Below, in pieces: positions 50,421-63,739 of a stretch of 64,000 bases of DNA (within the stretch, counting starts at the first letter, position 1; every line of letters begins with the position of its first letter). The translations under genes and the position numbers were made by a program. The DNA lies in contig NC_042997.1 in NCBI RefSeq assembly GCF_006345805.1, forward strand, positions 187,922,001 to 187,986,000, written 5' to 3'. The notes under the pieces were generated by a model. It saw only the letters and a list, made by a program, of their open reading frames with translations. It had not been told where the DNA came from and did not search any database. This stretch comes from Octopus sinensis (lineage: Eukaryota).

Positions 50421-53109
50421 AGTGATCAGAACTGGTTAGTCTTGTGCCACTTCCAATTCACATGTTTCTTCTTCTCTCATAATTCATGGTGTTAATCTCC
50501 CAGGCCTTGCACTAACAACTATACTCAGTTCTTCTTATTCTGAATTTTCCCACCTCCATATTTTTTTTCAAGACCTCTCATCTCGCAACTATTCAAGTGG
50601 AATGTTAATTGGGTCAGTCTGACTGGTTTCAGAGAGGGCTGTAAAGGACATAAACACAGCCCCTTTTCCAGACCTAATCAATAATTAAAAAATAAAATTA
50701 AAAATAAAATGATCATGTTTCTTGTAGATACTTACTTATTTATCCTTTCCATTTCAAACTGGAAATCAACAACACAAATCCTCACTGGTCTGGAGTGCCT
50801 GCCAAAGTCATAGCACTGCCCTTCTCCTTTGAGTACTGTAAGTTTCCACCCACCCTGCTATATGCAGAGCTACTAACAAATAGTAACAGGTTTATCAGTT
50901 TAGGTATAACATTTAAAAGAAGATATAAGCTCATAATTTTTCAATCTGATCCTTAGAGGCAATATTTGTGTCAATATTTATACATTTATGATGTTTCAAT
51001 CAATTTGATTTCAAATCATCACAAACTGTATTATATATATATGACTCGGTGATTAAAAACATAACCTCTTTAGTTTGAATCCAGTTTAATACTATGCACA
51101 CATACAGAACTAAGACATCTGGTGATAATCAGTGATGAAGCCAATTAAAACAATGTAAAATGTAAAGATGAAGTTAATAGCCTGAAAAATTATAATCTTA
51201 TTAAGAATAACTCATTTCAGTCATTTAGACATTTATCATATTACATTTATAACGGTGAAAGTGCTGGACAATAGATTCACTAAATGCCTTAATACCAGCA
51301 AACCATCTGTAATAATTTCATCAACAGAATCATTTTAACATCTGTATTTCCATGTTGGCATGGTTAGCTCATAAATAAATTTATGTAATGTACAAATGTC
51401 CCAATACATACTCAATGAACATTTCAAAATTAACAAAGATCTTCAAAATACAATAAACTTACACATTTATCCAAAGTATTTCACCACACAAACCATGCCA
51501 ACAAGCTAACTTGTTTGCATAGGTTCTTAAATAATAAATACTGAGGTATATATAATCTTTCATGTTACATAGTTAATAAATTATTTACAAATTTTCCCCT
51601 CCTTCTGCGTGTTAGACTTTGTTTCCTTGTCTACCACATGACAACCCACAACTCTATCTTCTATCTTTTCAATATATACAATACTTCCTACTTTTATTTT
51701 ATTGCTTGCCAAATGCCAAAGATATAATTTTCAATGCTTGTTATGTCCAATTCGGTAGCTATGTCATATCTCATTGTCAGTTTACTTGACTGTTTCTCAG
51801 ATGATTTATAAAACTACTGCCTCTCTTCTTACCATAGTTATCCTTAACTAAATCTTATTTCATTGTGTACAAAAGAGATTTTCTACCAACAATTTTTATA
51901 ACAATTTTGTTCCCTTTTTTTTTTTTCATGTTCTGTAACATTTAACAGAATATCCAATCTAGACAAAGCAAACTAACTCTCCATTACCATGCATTTATAA
52001 ACACTGTTTTCTTTTTACTATCTTGAAGAAGTGATGCTGAAGGCTTTTCCTTCTCAGAAATAACTATTATCTTTTTAGTGATAACAAAATTTCTTTCTTG
52101 CTCAGTAATACTGACAGATAATCTCTAAGTTCTGTCTGAACTAACATTTCGTTTACAAAACATTCTACTTCATTACATAAGATTAGAAACCACACACTCT
52201 TCTGGTAAATGCACAGAAAGACCTTTCCAAATATGAAGAACTAAATTTGAGTTGGTTGATAGGATTCTAACTTGCTAAAAGAAGGATGTTATATTTAATA
52301 TTCAACCACTGATGCTCTCTGCTTTGTCCCCCATGGAAGTTGTAAATAGGTTTTGTTAGAAGATATATTCACTACTGTATATAAAAGAGGGATATGAACC
52401 TGTCTCTTTATAAAAAAAAATTCATAAACTCATCAGAAGAAAAACATTGGAAACCTATTTGGAAACTGTCTTTTTTTTAGAGATGAGAGGCTTTTCAATG
52501 CCAAGTAATTCAACAATGGAAGAAAAGTGTTCAAATTCACCTTTCACAAAATATTAATAAAGTTCAAATGTGATTTGATTGTCTGTCAATACAACTTGCT
52601 AACTACTTTCTTAATTTTACATAACCTGTGTAAAAAAATATGCTGCTTTATAAATCTGTTTCTTCTTTAGTAACTTATGTAACTAAGCTATAATTTAATA
52701 ACTAGTATAATTGTATGATTTCATGTTTGTTAAGGTGGATTTTCCCTGTAATTACTTTATGGTAAATATATTATATCCCTTTTCTTCTGTGTATCGAACA
52801 CTGAAGGTGAATTAAAAGTCTTAAGTCAGGCTTCACACTAAAGTTGCAAAAACTTCGATGACATTCATAAGCACCTTTTTTGTAAGAATTTAATAATTGA
52901 TGAAATGACTTCTCCAAATGTTATATTTGACATCTGTCTCTGTTGTCATAATCTGATTTGAAAAGTATTTTTGACCAATAACTGAAAATGTTAATTGATT
53001 TTAGTTTGTTTATTTTACTAAATATAAGATTACATGCCACTGATATAGCCATAATAGCAGTCAAAAATAGTATTTGTTTGAAGAAAGACATCTAGGTATC
53101 ATTAGTTCA

Positions 53110-53175
53110 TTAAAGTATTCTTTTTTTTTTTTCAGGTAATCTTAATGGGTGAACAAGGAAAGCTGAAAATATAAT
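53110..53175 (+). other. Strong splice acceptor immediately followed by GT (terminal exon or recursive site)
   Basis: (T)12 CAG|GTAATC at 53135/53136. Frames close within 13 codons. Confidence 0.35.
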
Positions 53176-55847
53176 TTTGGTGTTGTATTTGCTAAGCAAA
53201 TATTGTAGGTTCACAACTTATTATGCAACTTGTATTTCCAGCAGCTTGGTTTTATGGCCATATTTAAATTAGATGTGTATTTATACATGTTTTCTGATAG
53301 AAAGCAGCATTAGCAAGATATCTACAGTTTTAAAATCTCAATACAACAAAAAGAAATTCCATACCATAATCTACTGAAGCAGATCAGGACCAGAACAGAA
53401 AGGGAGGGGGGAACAAAAGACAAAGAAAGAGAGCATGTGGATATATGTAATCCATTACTGTATATTTAAGAAATAGTACAATTTTCAATAATTAAGGACC
53501 TTTACTTTTTAAGAAAGATCTCTCTCCAGTCAAGTTCTATGTTTTTCTTTCCATTTCATGTTATTGCAGTTTAAGAGCAGTATTTATTTTAATATATAAA
53601 TTAGGTTTTGATCCCCTGCAATGTCAGCTTGAGAGAAAACAATAATAATTGCAAAGATAAACACCGCCTAAAAGTATTTTACTTTTGGTTTGTCATATAT
53701 GAGAACTTCAAGAGAGTAAGAATTTGCTCTGTCTCATAAAAAGGATTAACATTGTTCTAAACATTATTTTTTTAAATCTTACTGTCAAATAACTCTACAA
53801 TATAGGTATTAGCACAATCAAAACCTGAGCCTTTAGTTTTTATACTTTTGTTTTTTAAATTCAACAAAAATTGAAACAGTTTTAATTTGTTTTATTTAAT
53901 TTAAACTAAGCAAAATCATTAATCATAAGTATTTTGTTTTCAAATTAACTCTACATGAAAGTTGAATATTTAATCTAGCATTAAAGAAAATACATGAAAC
54001 TTTAATAACACTGAAAGTAAGTCCAATTTTAAAGTTTACACACATAAAATCTACAGAGATATCTTAGTTTAGTGAAAATTTTAACTATCAGAAATCCTGG
54101 TGAGATTGCAAAGTAGGATTATGCATTTGTTAATTGGAAAATACATTGCAGTATTCATGAACTTCTAAGATTCCTCTTTTTTTTTATAGAAAATGATGAT
54201 GAGTTTAGGAGGCTAATATAGTTGTCCTCAAAGGCTTCAAAAGTGCTAGACAAAAATGCTGTGTAAACCTGATGATATTTAAAGAGTGCCATAGTTGCTT
54301 GCTGTAGTATCAAGATTTCTCTTTTTAGTATCACTACCCTGACTCAGAAGAACAAACAAAACATTGCATATTAAATAAGGCTATAACGCAAATGTATAAT
54401 TAAATATTTCATTAAAAACATTCTGCACCTTTATAATTACTTTTTGTTATTTTTAAATATTAACTGAAAAAGGATAATAAACCACAGAAAACTGCAAGTC
54501 ATGGAATCTCTAAAGTGAATTAAAAACGTTGGCAAAGTAAGTAAATCAGATTACATATAATTCAGAACATGCTGCATAAGTCATAATTTGAAATTTAACT
54601 AGCTAAAATTTATATATATTTTTCTGTCAGCACATACTTTTAATAGGAGAGAAGTTTTACTTCATTTACCTATAAGTTAAAATTAGTAGCGTAAGCTAAT
54701 TTCAAAATTATAAATAACTATTTCATAGAAAACTGCAATTAAATTTGTTTTAGCAAAGTAATGTGAAATATTTTCTTTATATTTTGTTTACATTTAATAA
54801 GTAGCCTCTAAGATTAGTATTATTGATTCTGGATATTTCAATGACAGATTCAATGCAGTAAAAGTTAAGGTGAATAAGAAATGTGAGATTTAATGAATTT
54901 ATTACTCACCACCTTTATTTTATATTTTTATTTTATTACTGATTAGAAAGAATGTCAGAGAGAAATATCTGTGGTTGAACTCCTAAACTGACTAATTCAA
55001 TAATTTTATCTCCGCTCATCACCACTTCTTCTTGACAACAATATTACAACTGGCTGCCTTGACCTTATCTAGCCAGTGAGTTCTGAATGACGCAAAATAT
55101 GCAATTCTCAATCAAATCTAATAAAAATGCAGTTCTTGTCTAGGATAACAGACACAGATAACAGAATAGAGAAAATATTTAATTTAGTATATATCTAGAC
55201 ATTTGTATATGATGCTGTTAGTACACTTGTAATAAGATATTTCAATATCATTATCTATGTTATTGTTCTTTTGACATCCATACTTCTATACAGACAAATT
55301 AAAATGTGTTATTCTATCCAATTTATTTGCTATCAAGCAGTTCTGTAATTCAGAGTAACTGTATCTCTTCTATTGACTATGAAAGTTAGAATATTCATAA
55401 GATATCTATATAGCTTACAGATATTTTTCTTGTTACATGTGCATCTGGTTGCATATATATATGAATTCAAGGGAAAGGATATTTCTGAGGTTTACAGCAC
55501 ATATTGTGCATCTGGCTTCATATTAATGAAGTTTATCGGAATGTGAAAAAGAGCAAAACAAAAAACCCATATCCATTTAGTTTAACACATGATTTGTACA
55601 TATAATAGCTGTATACCATAAAAGCACTGAACATGTTATGAACTTACTGACATTTTACTATTCATTTATCAAGTACTTATATTTTTATTACATCTTAGCC
55701 CCAAAATGTTCAGACAATAAAATATTGTTACATGTTGATTATCAAATCAACAAACATGCTTTCAGCATTGTGAAATGATTTTAGCCATTCTTAATCTTTG
55801 GCTAGGTTTTATACATATTTTTTGTGTGTATTCAAGTATACCACAGT

Positions 55848-55878
<31 letters not shown>

Positions 55879-55880
<2 letters not shown>

Positions 55881-56078
55881 ATAAAAATGGTAAGACAACA
55901 AAAGAATGAAAGAGACCTTAATATTATGTAAATAGAGGAATTTATCTGTAAATGTAATATGTGACAATTATTCGGGAGCCATGATAAAACTCCAAGTTTT
56001 GGATGCAGAGGTGGAAAACCACGCCGCCATCTCTTCAGTTATCTGGCCATCGGAAAAATACTATGAAAATGACCATTA
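55879..56078 (-). mobile_element. About 200-bp non-coding unit between (TA)n tracts carrying an HHR
   Basis: CpG-containing unique block flanked by TA repeats; no ORF. Confidence 0.6.
55983..56043 (-). ncRNA. Type I hammerhead ribozyme motif (G12 mutated)
   Basis: GATAA-CTGAAGA-GATG...CATC-C-AAAA-CTTGGAG-TT-TTATC. Stem I GATAA/TTATC, stem III ACT/AGT, GUU site. GAAA reads AAAA, consistent with CpG decay of CGAAA. Confidence 0.65.
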
Positions 56079-56120
56079 TACATACATATATATATATATG
56101 CATGCACACACATACATATA

Positions 56121-56977
56121 CGATGGGTTGACATGAAAGAAATTTCGTTTTTTGCAAATAGATAGAGTTAAGATTTTTTTAATGACTTTTGTCAATGCTA
56201 TGATTTTTTTTCCTTTTAACAGCTGTTACTTTTAGCTTACTTTAGGAGCAATTGGCACATAATTTTGTTTACAGCTGTTAGTTAAGTGTCAATTTTAACT
56301 TGGAGTACAAAAACAAACATTTTCGCCATATTTTGCCTTTTTATTTCTGTAAAAGCAAGAAGGCTGCTGAGGTTCAAAACAAGATATGTTAAGTTTATGG
56401 TGTTGATTGCTTAACAGAACGCACATATTAGATATGGGTTAAAAAATTCTGTCCTGGAGATTTTTCATGCAAAGATGACCAACATTCTGGTCGACCTACT
56501 GAAGCTGATGATGATCGAATCAAAGCCATAATCGAATCCGATTGTCCTATAACTGTGTGAGAGATTGCAGGGAGGTTAAATGTATCACAAGCAACAATTG
56601 AAAATCACTTAAACTGTCTTGGTCTTATTAAGAAGTTCAATATTTGGGTTCCACATAAATTGAAAGAGATTCACCTAACACAATGACTCAATATATGAAA
56701 TATGCATCTCAAATGCAATGAAATCGACCTTTTTTCAAATGAATCATCACTTGAGATGAAAAGAGTATTGCCAACAATAACATCAATTGAGAATGATCAT
56801 TGTCCAAGCATAATCAACCAACACAAACCACATCAAAAGCTGAATTGCATAAAAAAAAGGTCATGATGTCAATTTGGTGGGATTACAAAGGTATTGTGTA
56901 TTTCCAGCTACTTCTAAGGAACCAAACAATCAATTCTGATGTTTGCTGTCAACAACAAATGAAAATGGTAGAAGCAA
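56121..56977 (+). pseudogene. 3'-truncated mariner transposase pseudogene
   Basis: HSGRP, WVPHKL and KKKVMMSIWWDYKGIVYF, with many stops; ends in a TA run. Confidence 0.9.
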
Positions 56978-56993
56978 TATATATATATATTAA

Positions 56994-57098
56994 AATTAAG
57001 GGTATCTAAAAAATACCATCATGTTAGATATAGCAGTCAAAACTTGACTCTAAAACCACATCAAATATTCATGCAGCACCTTTTAGATACCCTTAATT
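56994..57098. repeat. 18-bp perfect inverted repeat unit next to (TA)n
   Basis: 56994-57011 is the reverse complement of 57081-57098. Confidence 0.8.
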
Positions 57099-57274
57099 AT
57101 AATTTTAATAATAATTATTACCTATGAGGATTTTATTCCCATGCTAGCCACTTGAGATGATCGGTATTTAAATGACGATCTTATCCTTATTTATATATAG
57201 ATAGATATAGATATATATCCATATATCTATATATATCCACATATATATTATATATCCACATATCTATATATATA

Positions 57275-58555
57275 TTGGGTTGGCAACAAAGTTACCGTGG
57301 GGTTTTTTTAAATTTTGGAATTTAATGCCTCTTTTTTCAAATTTTGGAATCTTTTTTTTTTTTAGAATTCTATTTTTGAATCATTTTGAAATCTATATTG
57401 TTTCTTTTTCTAGTTAATTTTAGTTAATTTTTGTTTATTTTCAGATCATTAATATGGACTGTCAAATTAAGAAAAACGAGCATTTTCAACACCTCCTTTT
57501 TGCTTTTAGACAAGGTTCTAAGGTTGCAAAAGCTGCTCATGACATTTTTGCTGTGTATGGAAAAGGTGCCATAGCTGAAAGAACTTCCCGTGACTGGTAT
57601 GCCAAGTTCAAAAATGGAAATTTTGACCTCAAAGACGTATCACATTCTGGCCATCCAGTTGAGTTCGATGAAGAGCAATTAAACCAACATTTGCACGAAA
57701 ATTCTCATCAAACGACAAGGGAACTGGCAGAGAAAATGGAATGCTCCCACACTGCTACAGAGAAGCATCTTCACTCGATGGGAAAAGTTTAGAAGTATGG
57801 AGCATGAGTTCCACATGCTTTAAGTGACAACAACAAAAATCAACGAGCCACAATCTCCGCTGGTTTGCTTGCTTGTCACAAGCTTGCTCGACACAAGCAA
57901 CCATTTCTTTACCAAATTATTACTGGTGACAAAAAATGGTGCCTATACATCAATATGAAGCAGCGTAAGGAATGGCTTAGCCCCTGTAAACAAGTAACAC
58001 CATGCGTGAAACAAGATCTTCATCCACATAAAAAGATGTTGTGCATATAGCAGGACTGGGAAGGGATTACCCATTAGATATTGCTTGAATGGAACCAAAC
58101 AGTCAATGTGGATGGAACAATCCAACATGGCTATTCAAGAGAAAAAACCTAATCGGCAATCATGAAGTTTTTCTGCTGCATGACAATGCCGCAGCTCATA
58201 TCACCAATATGACCAAGGAAGCCATTCAAACACATAGCTGAGAAATGTTGTCACACCCGCCGTACTCTCCTGATTTGGAACCAACAGATTTCCACCTTTT
58301 CCAATCTCTTTCAAATGCTATGCGCAGAATTTCATTCAATACTGATGCAGAATTGAGAGCTTAGTTGGATCTATTTTGTGAGTGGAAATCGGGTGATTTC
58401 TACCAACAAGGTATTGAAAATCTTGTTGAACATTGGGAAGAAGTGGTAAACAACAAAGGTGAATACATTATTGATTAATTAGTTGTTATCTTTTTATTAA
58501 ACCTTTAAAAAAAATATAACTTTAAAAAATGGGAGGAACTTAGTTGCCAACCTAA
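57275..58555 (+). mobile_element. Full-length (1281 bp) mariner transposon, inactivated
   Basis: TA|TTGGGTTGGCAACAAAGTT ... AACTTAGTTGCCAACCTAA|TA. Motifs xVPHAL, ITGDKKW, HDNA and HPPYSPDL. Stops and frameshifts. Confidence 0.95.
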
Positions 58556-59284
58556 TATATATATATATATATATATATCCAGAAATATTTGAAATTTCCA
58601 TTACCAGTGGCCTAGCGTGTAAAAATTTAGTCAATAGACTATATATTACTCATATAAATACAGTGTACATTTAAACACATAAGGATTCCTTGCATGCTAG
58701 AGAGGACAGTTACATTCCAAACCACTATTAGGGATAAAATTTCGAAGTAGATGGTGCTTGTGAAAGAAGGAGACCCAGGAACATGTGGTACAGAGTGGCG
58801 AAAGCTGAGCTGAGGATATTGAGCTAGTTGGCAATACACAGTGCTTGAGAAGACCTACCCAACCATGCTAGCATAGCATAACTGAAATTCAAAATGTATA
58901 ATGTGACTGTTCACAACTGAGGTGGTGGAAGCTTGTGTATGCACCCTAGATATATTTTTTGAATTTTAATATTTTGCAAAAACCATCTTTCTGCTTTCTT
59001 GGCACATTCTTCCATTTGTTAATCAATGTTTTAGGATTGTCTTCATTTGATGCAGTTCATAGTCTTAGAAATTCTGTTTCCATACTCATCTGCTATGACA
59101 TTTATTTCCATGCTTTTCTTTGTTGCTTTGGTGCAGTTTTGGGTTTGATTTGTAGTTTATGTGGTTAAATTAATGCCATTTTTCAAAAATACCTGCTTTG
59201 TTATTATTTTCTGTCATATTTCAAAAGGTAAATTTTCTAGCCATTGGATGTTCATATATGTCTAATTCTACTTTTAGGTACAAG

Positions 59285-59770
59285 AAAAACCAAAGGTTAT
59301 TAGTTTATCAAAGAAAACAATAACTGATATTCAAGTAAACATATTAAAAATTGGGTTAAAATTTACAGTTACCCAACAAAATTCCAACTTTTCTAACATG
59401 AAAAATAAAATAGTAGAATTCTATTAAAAACTCAGACTAGTGAAGCATTTTTTTTGAAAGCGATTATAATGATGATGAATCACTTGCAAAACATAAAAGC
59501 AATTTTTGTTAAAAGAACGGGAGGAATAACACCTTTGACACTGTGATAACACGATGAATTTCCCAACTGAATTGAATGAAAATAGGAACATAAAATGAAA
59601 TTTCTCAAGAACAGAAAAATGTGAATGATCTACAAAAAGACATTGAAATTACAGTTTAAGGAGCTGATACAGGTAGTGCTGTTGCTATCATTGATACAAA
59701 TTACTATAAAGAACTTGTTTTTAAAATGTTAGAAATTGATAATTACTATGACAAAATAGACAAAAATAAG
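59285..59770 (+). pseudogene. Penelope-like element N-terminal region relic
   Basis: KVISLSKK...LKIGLKFT...KLRL...GADTGSAVAIIDTNYY matches the PLE pattern NLS...GLKF...KLRL...ADKG. Confidence 0.8.
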
Positions 59771-60734
59771 CATCTTATAATCCTGCTTGACATTGCATTA
59801 CTTAGCCCATAGGTAATGCTTTCCTGTGATTAGAAAAAAAGAGGGAGAGAGAAGTGTCCATGACGTGAGGTAGAGGAAATGTAATTGTAACGCTTTCATG
59901 TGATTAGTTGAAGGGAAAGAGAAGAGAGAGAAAAAAGGGGATAAGGTAAAGAGTGAGACAGAAAGGAGAAAAAGAAAGACAGAGAAAAAGAGGGTGAGAA
60001 GCATCCATGTCGTGAGATGGGAGGAACATAATATTTATAACATGATTAAAAGAGTTAGTTGGCAATAGAGGAGGAGAGTTAAAAATATAATTTTAGCAGA
60101 GGGGTGATGCTCTGATGATGAGGTTAAAGAAAGAATGAGAGAGAGGAGGGAGAGATGATCATGGTGGTGATGGAAATAGGATAGTGAAAAGTGTATTTTT
60201 TAAAAATTGAACTAAGTTTTTTTTTATATCACTTAACACATGCACATAAGTGCAATTTTGTGAAATATTCATGCTTATTCATATGGCAGATATATGCAGT
60301 TTAACTAAAGGTTGTATCATATGTATGAGATACATTTTTTGTATACAGGAAAAATGGAAAAATAAGAGTGAATATTTTATGAGTGTTGTGTATTCAGTCT
60401 ATAAAATTATGTATAAAGTATATAAAGTGTATATATAAAGTGCATTAAGTAATCATTGTATTCCAATTTCTTTCACTTTTCAATGAGTAGCAGATGAGCA
60501 ATTGTCTTTTCATACACAGAAATAACCCAGTAAGTTTACTGTTAATTCTTTGAAATATTCATGGGTCCCACGAGTTCAAAAATAATTAGAAATTTTTATT
60601 GAATAATTTGAATATGTACTGTAAATGTTGGACTACTAAAAAATTTTATTACATGAATAGTTTCAGATGCAAAAGCAGCAATTTCTATGACCTACCCAAA
60701 ATGCATAAAAATTAAGCTAAAAGTAATGCTGCTC

Positions 60735-60915
60735 ATGAAATTAACGTGCAAGTGGCTGAGCACATCACAGGCACATAGTTCTCAGGAAGATTTAGCAGGA
60801 CACACAGAACATGACTAGAGCAATGTGAAATAAAGTGATACAACATGCTGCTAGGTATTGAACTCATGACCTTATGGTTGTGAGCCAAATACTCTAACCA
60901 CTAAGCCATATGCCT
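60735..60915 (-). mobile_element. tRNA-derived SINE (family of 17275)
   Basis: The reverse complement contains GGTCATGAGTTCAAT. Confidence 0.7.
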
Positions 60916-61039
60916 TCAATTGATATATTAATCGATACATTAATATCCTTTATGATTACAGAATCAATATGATTAAATATTTACTTGATACATAGTAATT
61001 TGAGTTAGAAGAATGTATTGAGTAAAAACTTCATCAATG

Positions 61040-61195
61040 GTGAACTGAGATTCATATTATGAAACAATTATTTCATATTTGATGGCATAGCATACCAACA
61101 AATATCAAGGAAGGTGATGTGATGGGTGCTAAAGTTGCTCCTACTTATGCCATCTTAGTAATGGGTTACTATGTGAAGAAAATTTTACACATATT
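61040..61195 (+). pseudogene. Penelope-like element RT relic
   Basis: NNYFIFDGIAYQQ...MGAKVAPTYAILVMG matches the PLE RT motif YxQxxGxAMGxxxAPxYA. Cut at its 3' side by a piggyBac-type MITE end. Confidence 0.8.
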
Positions 61196-62796
61196 TAACC
61201 TTTTTGATACCAACCCACCCAAGACAACTCCTGGTTCTATGATATTGTAAAGTGTTCTAAATTAAAAGCTTCTGTCAAAATTTCATACTAATTTATGATC
61301 CAAACATCAGTTTAATAATGATAGTCATTTTATAAAATTGTTCATTATTTAAAAAATAATGCATTCAACAGAAATATGGTAAGTTGCTGTTGCATTCAAT
61401 GGCAGGATAATTTTGAATTTATAGAATTTGAAAATTTTGTTAAAGCATTAACCATAATATTTAGTTCATGATGAATTTCAAGTAGTAGGAACAGTTAATT
61501 TTTTTTTTTTTCAAGAATGAAAGTTGGAACAAGTATTTACGGATCCAAAGCAGTATCTTCTTTTCACATCCTGTCACCATAAATATACTATGAGGGTAAT
61601 GAGTCAGTGCTGATAGATGTGAGGCACTGGAAGTGAAGGAGAGTGTGATGTCACATAACAAAGTTGGGTCTTCCGATCTGTTTATTTCTTCAATCGCCAG
61701 CCAGGGGTAACAGATTTGCATAGTGAATTCTTGTGTATTGTACTCTGACCAGCAGGTTTTGGATTAGTGGGAGTGTGCAAGGCTGCACATTGAGTTCCAG
61801 TCAGAGTGTTGAGTAGTTTCCTTTTTTTAAAGTTTGTTTTGTCAGCTCAAGGTAAGAGCCTTTATTTTGCCATCTTTCATAACATGCATGCAATATTGAA
61901 TATTCTATGCAAGCTTGCAAAATGAATTTCCACTATTCTATCAAATACAAAATATGATCAAAGACTGGATGAATTGAAAAACATGCTTATTCAAAGAGCA
62001 TTTCTGCAAATAGAACTGAAAGAGCAAAATGTATATATTTTCAAGATCTAAGAAAATCAGATAGTGTGCAACAGAAAAGACTGCACTAATATGATTATGT
62101 GATGCATATGAATGAGAATAGCTGTATAAAGAAGTGCTAATCACTAAATGTGGAAGAGGAGACCCAAGGAAATGTGAGACAAAGTAGTGAAGACCAACCT
62201 CAGGTTGTTGAGCCTCACAATTCTCTATGCTCAAGAAAACCTGTCTCAACAAAAAAGAAAGCCCTAAAAATATACCATTAATGTTTCTTCCCGCACTACA
62301 CATCTTCCTAATACCCATCCCTCCATCATTCTTCTAACCATAGCACTATTTACTCAATTGTTGTAATTACATGAGAGCAGAACTACATATTTTGTACCAG
62401 CACTTAATCCTGCTCCTTGTAACTACTTCCTTTTCCACCTATCCTTCATTCTCAATATCATCCCTTACCACTTTATTTTCTACTGACCAACTCTTTCCTC
62501 TGAACAGCCCTACAAATCTCCCAATCCACAGCTTTGTCCCTTCTGTTTGCACTCACCATATCTACCCATACATACCTCTGGCCTCTGTCTCTGTTACTGT
62601 GTATCTCTCTCTCTCGCTCTCCCTCACTCACACATTTCATATCATTCTCCACTCTCTCATGTATCTATAGCTTTAATATACTGTTGTTCTATATCACCCA
62701 TATTTATGTGCTGTCACATACCTCCTCCTCCTCCTTGACATGTTCCTATTTGCCTTTAACTCCTGCCTACATCACAAAAATTGAGTTTCCTCACTC

Positions 62797-63535
62797 ACTA
62801 CACCTCCACCTGTGTCTACCCTTCACTGCATTCCCTTTTATCCCCATTATCATTCTCATTTCAGATTCTTGTAAAACTACTTATCCACCTGTTCTCAATC
62901 ATTTATATCTTTTCTCCATGACATCCACCTTCTTGTACACTGATAGTACGCCTTGACATCCCATTTTCACCATGCTTTCTCCTTTTTGCAGCTGGAGTAG
63001 CCATGTAGCAAGATACCTGATTCAATCCCTCTATCATACTTTCAACGCCCAACATGAAACCACCTCCTACAATGAACCCTGCTCAGTCAAGGGGGTTGTG
63101 TCTTGTGAGAACTTAGTGACTTCACTAGTACTAGTAGCACAAAAAAGCACCCATTACACTCTGTAAAGGAGTTGGTGTTAGGAAGTGCATCCAACTGTGG
63201 AAACCATGCCCTCTGGCTCACTGGTTTCTGCTGAAACATCAAGCCCATGCCTGCATGGAAAAAGGGGAATTAAATAAAGATGATGACAATAGATATTTAC
63301 ATTTGTATGTGTGTGTGTGTGTGTGTGTACACACATATTTATCTATTTATATATTTACATTTATGTATATGCGCACACACACACACACACACACAGTGAT
63401 TGGTCTAAATTTGATGATTTTTTTATGCCTCCTTTTTTTAAGAACAGCTAAGTAGTTTTACAAGAATCTGAAATAAGAATGATAATGGGGATAAAAGTGA
63501 ATGCAGTGAAGGGTAGATACAGGTGGAGGTGTAGT
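62797..63535. repeat. 87-bp inverted duplication with 565-bp spacer
   Basis: 62797-62883 versus the reverse complement of 63449-63535 matches at 84/87. Confidence 0.9.
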
Positions 63536-63739
63536 CAATGGGGAAACTCAAGACATTTGGTAAACTACAGATGTTCCTCTACCCTAATGGATCATATTCT
63601 GATAAACAAGAAGTGAAAGAATAAGGCTCTGAATTGTGAGGTATACAATATTTTCAATGCCATTGGATCATGCCATTAACCAGCAAGACACACCTCTTGC
63701 TATGGTCAGATAAACTCAAGTAAACAAAGAAACTGCCAT

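Noticed and set aside
50590-50665. Hairpin with GAAAC..GTC on the minus strand resembling an HHR
   Set aside because: No CUGANGA core, so it is probably chance.
54190-54275. C/D-box snoRNA (ATGATGA ... CTGA)
   Set aside because: No terminal stem or recognisable rRNA guide. Such boxes are common by chance in AT-rich DNA.
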